64,000 nucleotides of DNA, from positions 1 through 64,000 of IMG/VR virus record IMGVR_UViG_3300005264_000079; one strand, given 5' to 3'. Within the stretch, counting starts at the first letter, position 1; each line of letters opens with the position of its first letter. The DNA comes from a virus (taxonomy: Duplodnaviria; Caudoviricetes). Below the pieces are notes generated by a model that did no database searches, was not told the origin of the DNA, and saw only the letters and a list, made by a program, of their open reading frames with translations. Positions 28,445-37,685 of this stretch are shown here, piece by piece. A program made the position numbers and the translations under genes.

Positions 28445-28764
28445 TTTATACCAAACAGATTGCCATACTCAAAAACCAAGACAGAGATAAACGTATTGAT
28501 TAGCCCATCTTCCATAATACTTGCATCCGCTTTTACCAAAGCAAGGCATTTATCCCGTAAATACTCTGAAGCACTTTCAATTTCAATCATCAGTAGAGCA
28601 AAATCATTGTCTACCAACCCATCAGCGAATGAGCTGTAAAGTGTGCCATTAATAAAGAAATTGTAAACACTATCAAACATGGCATTAAACTCCTCACTCC
28701 GTTTGCTGAAGAGGAATTCTGAAACAGAAATATCCTGTAATCCTCGTGTACACATTTTAGCCAT
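28438..28764 (-). CDS. hypothetical protein
   Basis: ORF in operon. Confidence 0.55.
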   Translation of the reverse strand: MAKMCTRGLQDISVSEFLFSKRSEEFNAMFDSVYNFFINGTLYSSFADGLVDNDFALLMIEIESASEYLRDKCLALVKADASIMEDGLINTFISVLVFEYGNLFGIKC

Positions 28765-28843
28765 TCCCTATAATCCATTATTTCTCCCCTTAATTTAACT
28801 AATAGTTTATTTTAATACTCACCGGTATAATAATCCCTAATGT

Positions 28844-28916
28844 TTGGTGGAAACACTATATCTGCCAAAGTATTTTTTTTTTGGTGGAAACACTATATCT
28901 GCCAAAGTATTTTTTT
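28844..28916. repeat. 37-bp tandem duplication with a variable T tract (T10 vs T7)
   Basis: TTGGTGGAAACACTATATCTGCCAAAGTA(T)n x2. Confidence 0.9.
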
Positions 28917-29195
28917 CAATTTAATTTTAATGTTGAGCTTCTTCTTTAAAGACGCAATTGTTGCCCCCGCTGGCCCAATAAGCAATTCCGGCTTACACAA
29001 TGTCACTTCAAACAGCAATTCCGGCTTACACAATGTCACTTCAAACACTTTATCACCTAACTTTTTGCAATCAGTAATTCTTAAATTACTTAAGAATTGA
29101 TACGTATATTCCATGGCTTTATCATATGCATACTTTTCGAGATTCTGCTCTAAAAAGAAATAGCCAATTTTGTACAATACCTCTTTTTTATCCAT
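28893..29195 (-). CDS. KH-domain RNA-binding protein with an in-frame 33-bp duplication
   Basis: VTLCKPELLIGPAGATIASLKKKL resembles type II KH (S3-like RPG.vIG..G..I..L); FEVTLCKPELL x2 at 28981-29046. Confidence 0.55.
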   Translation of the reverse strand: MDKKEVLYKIGYFFLEQNLEKYAYDKAMEYTYQFLSNLRITDCKKLGDKVFEVTLCKPELLFEVTLCKPELLIGPAGATIASLKKKLNIKIKLKKILWQI

Positions 29196-29223
29196 TATTA
29201 TCTCCTCACTTTAGTCTTACTTA

Positions 29224-29252
29224 AATATACACCCGATTTAATTATTTGTCAA
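29224..29252 (-). promoter_or_regulatory. sigma70 promoter
   Basis: TTGACA-N17-TATATT. Confidence 0.65.
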
Positions 29253-29255
29253 CCC

Positions 29256-29885
29256 TTAAATAATTCCTTTTACAGCTCCTATTAACACCTTAACAAATGG
29301 GACATACTTAGGGCCGTGATATATTGTAAAGGCATAATCTAATGTCATGTTGGGAATCCTCTTCCCCGCCCTGTAATTACCCAAACCCCAATTATATGCT
29401 GTAAATGCTCCAAGCCAATCATTGCCTAATCTTGTATACAGGTATTTCAAGTAAGCCGCTCCAATGTAAATATTCTGTTCTTTATCATAGAAGTTGATAG
29501 GGTGCCCATTATTAAACTTATTGGCAAAGTATGCCTTATTGCTTGAATTGAGCTGAGAATACCCTATCGAAACACTACCATTTGTCTCATACCTTACAGC
29601 ATTGGGATTCATCTTGCTCTCAATGTAATGTAGTCTATATAAGTACTTAAGTGGAATATCAAATTCTACACACACATTTTTAATAATTTCCCTATCTTCC
29701 CATGGATATCGCCAAAGATAGTAATCATCTTCACATGTAATCCATTCATCAGCAATTCCCACATCCCACGAAATGTATTCTGCTTCGTAAGAATCACTTG
29801 AGATGAAAGGGGCTTTACTATATGTAAGCATAACACCTGTCATTATTGTAATAGCTATTATTATCTTTCTCATTTTAATCTCCAT
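29256..29885 (-). CDS. lytic transglycosylase (SLT domain) with N-terminal signal/TM
   Basis: IES.MNPNA, SIGYSQL, NI.IGAAYLK, AYNWG.G. Confidence 0.85.
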   Translation of the reverse strand: MEIKMRKIIIAITIMTGVMLTYSKAPFISSDSYEAEYISWDVGIADEWITCEDDYYLWRYPWEDREIIKNVCVEFDIPLKYLYRLHYIESKMNPNAVRYETNGSVSIGYSQLNSSNKAYFANKFNNGHPINFYDKEQNIYIGAAYLKYLYTRLGNDWLGAFTAYNWGLGNYRAGKRIPNMTLDYAFTIYHGPKYVPFVKVLIGAVKGII

Positions 29886-29947
29886 AAATAAAAAATCCTC
29901 CTATGGGCTTATAGGAGGATTATATCGTATTAAATTTATCTTGTCAA
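29886..29947 (-). promoter_or_regulatory. overlapping promoter, terminator hairpin and RBS
   Basis: TTGACA-N17-TATAAT, then ATCCTCCTAT-aagccc-ATAGGAGGAT-TTTTT. Confidence 0.75.
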
Positions 29948-30696
29948 TTAGTTTTTCTCTTCGGATATGGTTTTAATTTAAAACCTATATTCTGTAGCAT
30001 TATTTTATTTTCTTTTTTATTTCCTATTAACTTTATATACCTTGATTTAGCATTTCTTTGCCTTATTGTTAGCTCTGGCTTATCTTTGATAAATTCCTGC
30101 ATCTTTACTTTACCACTAAACCCATATTTTTTAAAAATGTCCCTATCATTCATATACAACTTTCCACTACTGTAATATAAGTCATAGTGCTTATGCTCTG
30201 TATGCCCCATATAGGCCCAATTAGTAGCTTGATATACTGTACCTATCTCCCCCGCTTCTGGGTCAGAGAATGCTATTACATACTTGTACCCTTGCTTAGC
30301 CATTTCACGTAAGCCATACCCAATCAATTTACTGGCTGAATGTGGGTGTGCCCACCAAGTACATGCTCCTCGTGATAATTGTACTCCCTTCTTCTTATAC
30401 TCTTCCCCAACAGGGTAGGCATTTCTGTTCATAGCTTGAAAGTAGCCAAAACAAATAGTCCCTGCCAGCACATTATCATAGAAAATACCATAATGTTTTT
30501 GTGTGGTACCCATTGTCCCTAACCATTCATACTCTAAGATAATTTTTTTAGATTCTTCAAAAGTTATTTCTTTACAAATGGCTTTCTTTATATCCACATC
30601 TTTAGGGATACTTGCTGACTGAACACTTTCTTTTTGTTTTGCTTCCCTAATTACCCTTTGATGAGCTTTACCTACGTCTAACACTTCATTATTCAC
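29944..30696 (-). CDS. Mom-like (GNAT-fold) DNA modification protein
   Basis: LSRG.C...A..HSASKLI..L..., VIAFSDPEAGE.GTVYQATNW.Y.G motif of the Mu Mom family. Confidence 0.72.
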   Translation of the reverse strand: MNNEVLDVGKAHQRVIREAKQKESVQSASIPKDVDIKKAICKEITFEESKKIILEYEWLGTMGTTQKHYGIFYDNVLAGTICFGYFQAMNRNAYPVGEEYKKKGVQLSRGACTWWAHPHSASKLIGYGLREMAKQGYKYVIAFSDPEAGEIGTVYQATNWAYMGHTEHKHYDLYYSSGKLYMNDRDIFKKYGFSGKVKMQEFIKDKPELTIRQRNAKSRYIKLIGNKKENKIMLQNIGFKLKPYPKRKTN

Positions 30697-31298
30697 ATCA
30701 ACTCCCGTATATCTTTCCTAATGTCAAACCTATGCTTGTATTCTTTTTGCACATCAGCATTGTTAGAAAAAATACACCAAGAATATGTGGACATCCCACC
30801 AAACTTAATCTTATCAAGTGCGTCCGTCATAAAAAACTTTGGGAAACATCTAATAGACCCAAGAAAGAAATCCTGTGAAAAAAACTTCTCATTCATGATG
30901 GTATAATTATCAACATTAGAAGGCATGATAATAGCTACCAATTTAGCCATCTCTAATGATTTTAAAATGAATTCATTCTTCATTGTGTAAGGAGGGTTGC
31001 AAACAATAACATCCACATCTATGTTTTCCATTGTGAGGAAATCCTCATTGTAATCCCACCCATCATAAAATAAATCATTTGCAATGACAGAGCTGTGAAA
31101 GTGCTTATCCAATACCTTAGTAATTGCTCCCTCTCCTGCACAAGGATCAAACACAGTGATCTGATCTGCTGTAGTGAGGTTTAGTTCCCTTAACCCTTCA
31201 ACAAGAGCCTCAGTACAAGCATATGGAGTCTGGTAAAAATCTTTCTGATTCTCAAGATCCGTTTTTAGTTTTCTGTGAACAACATCAGTTAGTGCCAT
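30693..31298 (-). CDS. small N6-adenine DNA methyltransferase
   Basis: DFYQTP, FDPCAGEGAI, DFL, IVCNPPY. Confidence 0.85.
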   Translation of the reverse strand: MALTDVVHRKLKTDLENQKDFYQTPYACTEALVEGLRELNLTTADQITVFDPCAGEGAITKVLDKHFHSSVIANDLFYDGWDYNEDFLTMENIDVDVIVCNPPYTMKNEFILKSLEMAKLVAIIMPSNVDNYTIMNEKFFSQDFFLGSIRCFPKFFMTDALDKIKFGGMSTYSWCIFSNNADVQKEYKHRFDIRKDIRELM

Positions 31299-32471
31299 TT
31301 ATTTCTCCTTCCCAATTCTACTTGCATACCGCTGGTACCCCATAGAAAAACTACCATCCTGCTCTTCTGGTAATTCAGCCCCTATCCAATTGATTTCTTC
31401 TTCATTACAAGCTACTGCTGTGGTAAAACTACCCAAATAAGGGTCGAGGCAAATACCATCTTTAACCGTCACTAATCTAATTAAATATTTCACTAATTCT
31501 GTAGGTTTAACTGTTGGATGTATATTATTTTCACCTCTATCTTTCTTGCTGGCTTTTGCACAGTAAAAAAACCTTGAAGCTGAATTATTTTTTTCATCTA
31601 AGTGCAAAGTTCGTTCTTTAGGAGCCTTTACCTTTCCTCCCACGTAGGAGGATTGCCAACCACTCTTATTATCAGATTTACACTTAGCTTGTTTAACAGT
31701 TTCAGGAAATAGTTTCACAACTTCCTCGCTACCATCATGAATCAGGTTAGCTGGCCATCTTCCGTCTAAACTACCACCAATAGTAGCTTTTGTAACAGAT
31801 TTAGTCATACTCTGTCCGTCGTACATAGTCTTTTTACTATTAACATTAGTTTTACCTTGTGCTAATTGTGGTATCGGAGGATTTTCAGGAGAGTATTCAA
31901 TCTTACAGTTACCAATATTTATCCCTCCTGTTCCCCACCTTAAAACATTCTTAACAATTGTTTTTTCTGATAATGGTTTTCTTGCTACTGTGATAGGTTC
32001 TAATGCTGGCTTCAGAGCTGTCCCCCACCCGTCCCATAATTGAGCTTCTTCTTCCAATTCTTCTGATTTAGACATGGTTTTGCTAATGTTATGGCTCTTA
32101 GGCATTCCACTCCCATATACCCATGCAATCATATCACGAATTTCAAAACCTGCATCTTCAATATTACAAGCCATTCTATGTTGCGTTCTAGTTCCTGCAA
32201 AAGATAACAGATACCCTCCGGGTTTTAATACTCTAAGAACCTCTTCCCAAAGTTCTACTTTAGGAATTTCATAGTCCCATTTCTTTCCCATAAACTTAAG
32301 CCCATAAGGAGGATCAGTAACTACAGAGTCAATGCAGTTATCTGGGAGTAGCCTAATAAAATCTAAGTTATTTCCTTCATAAGCTGTATTCACTTCCCAA
32401 TCTCTACCATCTTTTAATTTAATAACTTTTTTTGCCTCATTGGAAACAGAATCCTTTCCTTCTTCACTCAT
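31299..32471 (-). CDS. beta-class N4-C/N6-A DNA methyltransferase
   Basis: DSVVTDPPYG, RVLKPGG, HPTVKP, DPYLGSFTT. Confidence 0.9.
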   Translation of the reverse strand: MSEEGKDSVSNEAKKVIKLKDGRDWEVNTAYEGNNLDFIRLLPDNCIDSVVTDPPYGLKFMGKKWDYEIPKVELWEEVLRVLKPGGYLLSFAGTRTQHRMACNIEDAGFEIRDMIAWVYGSGMPKSHNISKTMSKSEELEEEAQLWDGWGTALKPALEPITVARKPLSEKTIVKNVLRWGTGGINIGNCKIEYSPENPPIPQLAQGKTNVNSKKTMYDGQSMTKSVTKATIGGSLDGRWPANLIHDGSEEVVKLFPETVKQAKCKSDNKSGWQSSYVGGKVKAPKERTLHLDEKNNSASRFFYCAKASKKDRGENNIHPTVKPTELVKYLIRLVTVKDGICLDPYLGSFTTAVACNEEEINWIGAELPEEQDGSFSMGYQRYASRIGKEK

Positions 32472-32663
32472 TTATTTCTCCTTCTTTTTTGTATATAGCG
32501 TTCCGTGCCATAGTATTGTGTCATAGAATTCTTTATTGTGCAATACCACTTCTCGACATCTTCTACAATAAATATGCCCTGCCGGCATTCTAAACTGATC
32601 CATAACATTATTTCCACATTTTTTACACAACAACGGTGTATACCCTACTGGGGGTTCTTTCAT
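32472..32663 (-). CDS. small Zn-finger protein
   Basis: CKKC...CRRC. Confidence 0.55.
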   Translation of the reverse strand: MKEPPVGYTPLLCKKCGNNVMDQFRMPAGHIYCRRCREVVLHNKEFYDTILWHGTLYTKKKEK

Positions 32664-34111
32664 AAATCCTCCAATTCTGTTAAATCATCTTCATCAAATT
32701 CTGTGTTATGTAAAACATCATTGTAGTTAGAAACAGTATTTAACCATCTGCTGTCCATTATAGCCCGCCCTTTGTCCAGACATTGTAATACTAACACAGA
32801 CCCGGAATATTTGGAATGTCTGCCAGAACATGTTATCCGTAGTAATCCCTTCTCACGCTCTTCTTTGGTCTGATTTAAAGAAATAAGTAAAGAAGCATGA
32901 CTGAACAAACTATAAGCTTCGGAAATACTGGACTCATCATTTGTGTCATGCTTTAATGCTTCTCTATTATATTGTACAGGAGAAAACACAAGTAGGTTTA
33001 AATCCTGGGCAATTTCACGTTTAATTTCCAAAGCAATATTATCTAAAGCATGTCTTTTTTCCTTTGTCCCAAAAGTTTTAATCAAGTTCAATTGGTCAAT
33101 GAAGATAACATCAAATTTAATCCCATCATACTCTTCAGCGTTTAAAATTGTGTTCTTAATAGCTTCCACAGTATTTCCTGATGTTGTACCATCATAGACC
33201 ATAAGTTTACCATTACCACTCTCCTTTCTAAATGCATTATATTTACGTTTAACTTTCCTTTCACTTAATGTTGGGATTACCTCTTTCTTAAATTTCAAAT
33301 TGTTATGCTCATTAAAATAAGGTACATACACTTTATCTTTAAGATGTTTAAAAGACCCTCCCCCAATATTCTGTCCGAATCTGCGATTCATCAGTTTGGT
33401 GGACATTTCCAGAGTCCACCACCCAACATTTAGTCCTTCTCTAACGCACATTAGAGCAAGTTCCATAGAAGTCCAAGTTTTACTGGCTTTACTGGGGCCA
33501 CCAATATAACAAAGATCTCCGGGGTATACTTCTTCTAATAATTCCCCTAAAGCTCCGGGGATAGAAAATACAGAATTTTCTTGAATAAACATTTCTTCTA
33601 CAGCATCCATATCTTCTAATATACTTACACCTACAACATCATTTTTCACTTTACGCTTAAAGTCATTGTGAATGCTCTCTGCTTCCTCTATTTTCCCCTG
33701 AGAAACAAGTCCCTTCACTTTCTCAGCATTGTCCTCTAATGATCTACCTCTGATGTACTTTTCTGTTTGAGCAAAAATAAAGGCATAATCAAATTTACCT
33801 TCTTCTTCAATATACCTCTCATTTATCTCTTCCAATGTCCCTTCAATCAATTCAACAATTTCATCATCTTGTAAATTGCTTGCTTCAGCTTTAAAGATTT
33901 CCAATATTGTTTCATTAGGAGCCTTTTCATACATTTTGTAATAACCAAGACACCAATTAACAATTGTTCTGATAAACTTTGACTTAAGCAATTCCAAATC
34001 ATTTGCAATAAGGAGCTTAAAATCTCTTAAAAATTTATCATTAACAATGCATCCAGTAGCTATGTTTAGTTCCTGATCTAATGATATTTTTCTACGACTG
34101 TATTTTGCCAT
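32660..34111 (-). CDS. DnaB-like replicative helicase
   Basis: GGPSKASKT P-loop, TLEM, FIDQLNL, VFSPVQ.NR, SEAYS. Confidence 0.8.
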   Translation of the reverse strand: MAKYSRRKISLDQELNIATGCIVNDKFLRDFKLLIANDLELLKSKFIRTIVNWCLGYYKMYEKAPNETILEIFKAEASNLQDDEIVELIEGTLEEINERYIEEEGKFDYAFIFAQTEKYIRGRSLEDNAEKVKGLVSQGKIEEAESIHNDFKRKVKNDVVGVSILEDMDAVEEMFIQENSVFSIPGALGELLEEVYPGDLCYIGGPSKASKTWTSMELALMCVREGLNVGWWTLEMSTKLMNRRFGQNIGGGSFKHLKDKVYVPYFNEHNNLKFKKEVIPTLSERKVKRKYNAFRKESGNGKLMVYDGTTSGNTVEAIKNTILNAEEYDGIKFDVIFIDQLNLIKTFGTKEKRHALDNIALEIKREIAQDLNLLVFSPVQYNREALKHDTNDESSISEAYSLFSHASLLISLNQTKEEREKGLLRITCSGRHSKYSGSVLVLQCLDKGRAIMDSRWLNTVSNYNDVLHNTEFDEDDLTELEDL

Positions 34112-34282
34112 TCAACCCCTCATTTCCAATTCTCCATTTAGCAACGTCTACCCAAGGTATGTCGTTAAACTTTCCCCTTTTTTCGCAAATGCCATTATCA
34201 GTACCTTTCATTGCTTCTTGAATATAATACTTAGCGTCTCTACCATTGATTGTTACTCTCATTTTATTCTCCTATTTAATTC

Positions 34283-34311
34283 ATTGTATATTGGAATTAA
34301 ATTAGTGTCAA
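34283..34311 (-). promoter_or_regulatory. sigma70 promoter
   Basis: TTGACA-N17-TACAAT. Confidence 0.7.
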
Positions 34312-34422
34312 GTTTTATTTTCATAATCACCTGTCTTATTGCCTATAGAACTTCTTATTCTTTGTATACTTTATTGAGGTCTTTACTTCCAAGCATCTTC
34401 AATTAAACCACTGTCTAACCTG

Positions 34423-34821
34423 TCAATCAAAATCTCTAGTTGCTATATATTGTATCCTATCAACAGACACACTGTTTTTAATTCTTACTTCAATTATCTT
34501 CCTGCTCATATCATTGCGTAGATATATAGCATCATTATCTGTTAATCTTACTTCGTAAAGATCCAAGGCAGGGACTTTCCCGTCGTCAAATGTTGGGATA
34601 CAGTAGCATAACGCAGTCCAAGGATCTAGCGATGTGCAGATATAAGGAGGTTCCCATGATTCTACTTTGCCCGTAATACTATTTTCATACTCGTATACAC
34701 TCATCCGTATTTTTATACCGTTTTGTAAAATTGATTTTCTATTCTTTTTTGGACTCCAATGATATACTATCGATAATCTAGATTCTTGTAACCCATTCAT
34801 TTCTTTACTCCTTATCTCCAT
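34423..34821 (-). CDS. putative ADP-ribosyltransferase-fold (Tpt1/KptA-like) protein
   Basis: VYHWS..N.KSILQNGI, YICTS.DP..A, LYEV, EVRI..SV...RI. Confidence 0.45.
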   Translation of the reverse strand: MEIRSKEMNGLQESRLSIVYHWSPKKNRKSILQNGIKIRMSVYEYENSITGKVESWEPPYICTSLDPWTALCYCIPTFDDGKVPALDLYEVRLTDNDAIYLRNDMSRKIIEVRIKNSVSVDRIQYIATRDFD

Positions 34822-34910
34822 AATCAGTCTCCCTGAATTACTTTATTTTCAAAATCTTCTATCCTACTCATACGTTATTGATACCTCATCTCTTTTCTAC
34901 AGGATTCGTC

Positions 34911-35099
34911 TTAAATGATCTCTGCCTTTATACAACCGCAACTTTTAGTTCGCCCACTTATCAATGCTGTTCGTTTAATAAAAGCAATTCTACCACAATC
35001 ACATCTACATAGGTAGTGGCAATCACTTGGATATCTGTATGCTTTTGTTAGATCCTTCTCAATAACTGTTAATCTATTAAACTTCATTTGTGGTTCCAA
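34911..35099 (-). pseudogene. N-terminal remnant of an HNH/AP2-type homing endonuclease
   Basis: KFNRLTVI...YLCRCDCG...L.SG.TKSCGC with no nuclease domain following. Confidence 0.65.
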
Positions 35100-35119
35100 A
35101 TATTTAGGGGTATTTTATG

Positions 35120-36703
35120 TTATTTTTTAGATTCCTCTAACATCAATTGAAGCATATCTTCTTCTTTCAAATAATCCCCGTCTACAATCTCTTTAAACAT
35201 GTCTGCCTTCTTGTCTAATATTCCCATAAACATTTCCTCGATAGTGTCCTCACCAGGTAAATGGAACACATTCACAATTTTTTCTTGACCCTGCCTATCA
35301 AGTCTACCAATACATTGCCATAACTCAGAGGGAACCCAACTCCACTGTAAAAATAACATGATACTACTAACATATTGTAAAGAGTTTAATCCAGTACCCG
35401 CCGCATATATAGAGCCTACAAAAATTCTAATCTTCTTATTAGAAATAAACTCTTCTACAATATTGTCTCTTATATTTGCTTTAGTGGAAACACTACCATC
35501 AATTTTAACTGCAATTTCACCATACTTTTGCATTAAATCTTTTATTACAATTTTATTGACGGCAAAAATTACAATTTTATCATCAGATTCTCTCAACAAA
35601 TCATCAATAAACTCAAAAACACCATCTTTTTTTTGATCCCAAGAAGCTTCTCTCATTGTATTAATTACTTCTAACCCACTTTTCTTATTATCAGCTTCTT
35701 TTAATTTTTTTTCTAATTTTCTGTATTCTGTATAATTTTTCAAAGGTATAGGAAGTACAGTTTGTATTGGTTTCACCCTATCTGCATTACCGACATCATC
35801 CTTAGTACGTCTGAACATAATATTGTTTTCTAAAATACTATGCAACTCTACAGGATTTCTACTTCCAAAAAATTCTTTTACCCCTCCTGCTTTGTAATTT
35901 ATTCTTGAATTACAATATCTATTAAGAAAAGAATAGTAATTAGGAAATACTTTTTTATTTAAAATATTAGCAATTGGGAATAAATCTTTAGAGCTATTAA
36001 CAATAGGAGTTCCGGTAAGTGCTAAAATGTGGCTACTCCCTTCACAAAGATATTCTATAGCATTTTTAGTTTTGCTTTCCATATTCTTAATTTTCTGGAT
36101 TTCATCCAAAATAACTGTACCAAATAAGTTACCCTTGAAATCTTTAAGTTTTTGATTGGGTAGAAACGTAACATTTCTCTTTCCTAACTTATCTATGTTT
36201 CTTGCCACTAACTCATAATTACAGATAAAGATGTCAAAAGTATTTTTGTACTTTTGCAAATCCGTAGAAGATTCCATTATTTTTATTTTATCTCCTTTGT
36301 GTATAAATTTCTCGTATTCTTTAGCCCATTGCCTTTTTAAAAGGGAAGGGCAAACAATTAAAGTTGGGAAATAATTAGTGTTATCCATTATTGCTAATGA
36401 TGTAGCTGTTTTACCTAAACCTACATCTAAACTGAGAATTATCCTATTATCATGGTGAATACTATATCTCATAGCATCTTTTTGATACGGGAATAAAAAA
36501 TCATATTCTTTAGGAATTTTTATTTCTTTCCAAGAGTTATCTTCTTGTAACCCTTTCCATTTTGTGTAAATCTCTGTGGTAAGTTCAAAATTTAAAGCAT
36601 GTAGCATTTCTGCATATTCATCTTTATAAATAAGTTCCCATTCAGACGTGGCTGTGATAAATCTTCTATCCTTAGAGGGTAGATCTTTCACTTGTTGCAA
36701 CAC
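35120..36703 (-). CDS. SNF2-family helicase/translocase
   Basis: LFPYQ, LDVGLGKT, LIVCP, ILDEIQKIKN, LTGTPI.N, QCIGRLDRQGQ. Confidence 0.9.
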   Translation of the reverse strand: MLQQVKDLPSKDRRFITATSEWELIYKDEYAEMLHALNFELTTEIYTKWKGLQEDNSWKEIKIPKEYDFLFPYQKDAMRYSIHHDNRIILSLDVGLGKTATSLAIMDNTNYFPTLIVCPSLLKRQWAKEYEKFIHKGDKIKIMESSTDLQKYKNTFDIFICNYELVARNIDKLGKRNVTFLPNQKLKDFKGNLFGTVILDEIQKIKNMESKTKNAIEYLCEGSSHILALTGTPIVNSSKDLFPIANILNKKVFPNYYSFLNRYCNSRINYKAGGVKEFFGSRNPVELHSILENNIMFRRTKDDVGNADRVKPIQTVLPIPLKNYTEYRKLEKKLKEADNKKSGLEVINTMREASWDQKKDGVFEFIDDLLRESDDKIVIFAVNKIVIKDLMQKYGEIAVKIDGSVSTKANIRDNIVEEFISNKKIRIFVGSIYAAGTGLNSLQYVSSIMLFLQWSWVPSELWQCIGRLDRQGQEKIVNVFHLPGEDTIEEMFMGILDKKADMFKEIVDGDYLKEEDMLQLMLEESKK

Positions 36704-36787
36704 CTTCTTAAAATCTTTTCCACCAAATTTTAAAATGAGTTTATTACTATTTGTTAATCTTGCTTTTTTGATTGTGTCTCCTCCCCT

Positions 36788-36985
36788 TTACATTCTTTTA
36801 TCTTTGAAACCCTTTGTGCAAATTACAAAGTCTGTTTTCCCCGGAGCGACGAGTATTCCCTCAAGAGAATATCCTTGATTGTTTTTTATTCTATCAGCAA
36901 TCACATCATACAAATCCTCGGTCAACTTGGCATGATGTGATTTCCCATTTATAACAAAAATAAAACTGCCTTTAGAGTTTTTCAC
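36788..36985 (-). CDS. hypothetical protein
   Basis: GTG start, GGAG RBS. Confidence 0.5.
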   Translation of the reverse strand: MKNSKGSFIFVINGKSHHAKLTEDLYDVIADRIKNNQGYSLEGILVAPGKTDFVICTKGFKDKRM

Positions 36986-37191
36986 TACTTAATTTCTCCC
37001 AAGTTTGCTACTAAAGCATTTATCTCTATTGTTAATATTTCAATTTGAAGCTTTTTCTCAGAAATGTCTTCTAAAATTCTTTCTTTGCGTATTTCTTTAA
37101 TATCTGTTTCATTACTAAATTCTATTACTTGCATTTGTCTCACTCCTTGAGCATCACATCGGTGTCCTTATTTTAAATTTAGACCATTTCC

Positions 37192-37434
37192 TCATATTTC
37201 CTCCCGAGTAAAAATATATTCTAATGCGGAGCGTTTTGCGGCATCATGAGGGTTTTTCTCTCTCTCATAATTAGCAAAGTAGAAATATTTATCATCAAAA
37301 GACCATCCAAGGGATACGACTACACAATCACGTTCTATCGATATATAAAACCCATCATCATTCTCGTCTAGTGGATAAATAATTTCCCCATCTGCATACT
37401 CACAGCACTTCTTAATAAAATCTGTATCATTCAT
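37192..37434 (-). CDS. hypothetical protein
   Basis: ATGA overlap. Confidence 0.55.
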   Translation of the reverse strand: MNDTDFIKKCCEYADGEIIYPLDENDDGFYISIERDCVVVSLGWSFDDKYFYFANYEREKNPHDAAKRSALEYIFTREEI

Positions 37435-37676
37435 TTATTCAACTCCTTTATTAAAGCATCTGCGATAATGCATGATCTTACCACATAGGCTTCTGCAAGT
37501 TCTTCCGTGGTTGTCAATCCAGCTTCATCTGCAAGCACGTTGCCAGCAAGCATTCCGTTCAACGCCTGTCCTGCAAAATAATCCCGGAGTGTCATGCCAG
37601 TTTGCGGATTACTACTCTCATCCCAGCCGTTCCCTCTAGGCCTTGCATAAGCCGGCCCACCTGTTTCTTTACTCAT
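37431..37676 (-). CDS. conserved phage protein (GMTLRDYFA family)
   Basis: TGGPA....GMTLRDYFAGQAL.G.LA...ADAL. Confidence 0.75.
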   Translation of the reverse strand: MSKETGGPAYARPRGNGWDESSNPQTGMTLRDYFAGQALNGMLAGNVLADEAGLTTTEELAEAYVVRSCIIADALIKELNK

Positions 37677-37685
37677 TTTATTCTC

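Noticed and set aside
28844-28916. CRISPR mini-array from 37-bp repeats (also the 38-bp units at 48561)
   Set aside because: Only two copies, directly abutting or with 11-12-bp inner spacers; no unique 30-40-bp spacers and no cas genes.
31299-32471. MTase inactivation suggested by GSFTT instead of GSGTT
   Set aside because: GSFTT occurs in known beta-class MTases such as YhdJ-like enzymes.
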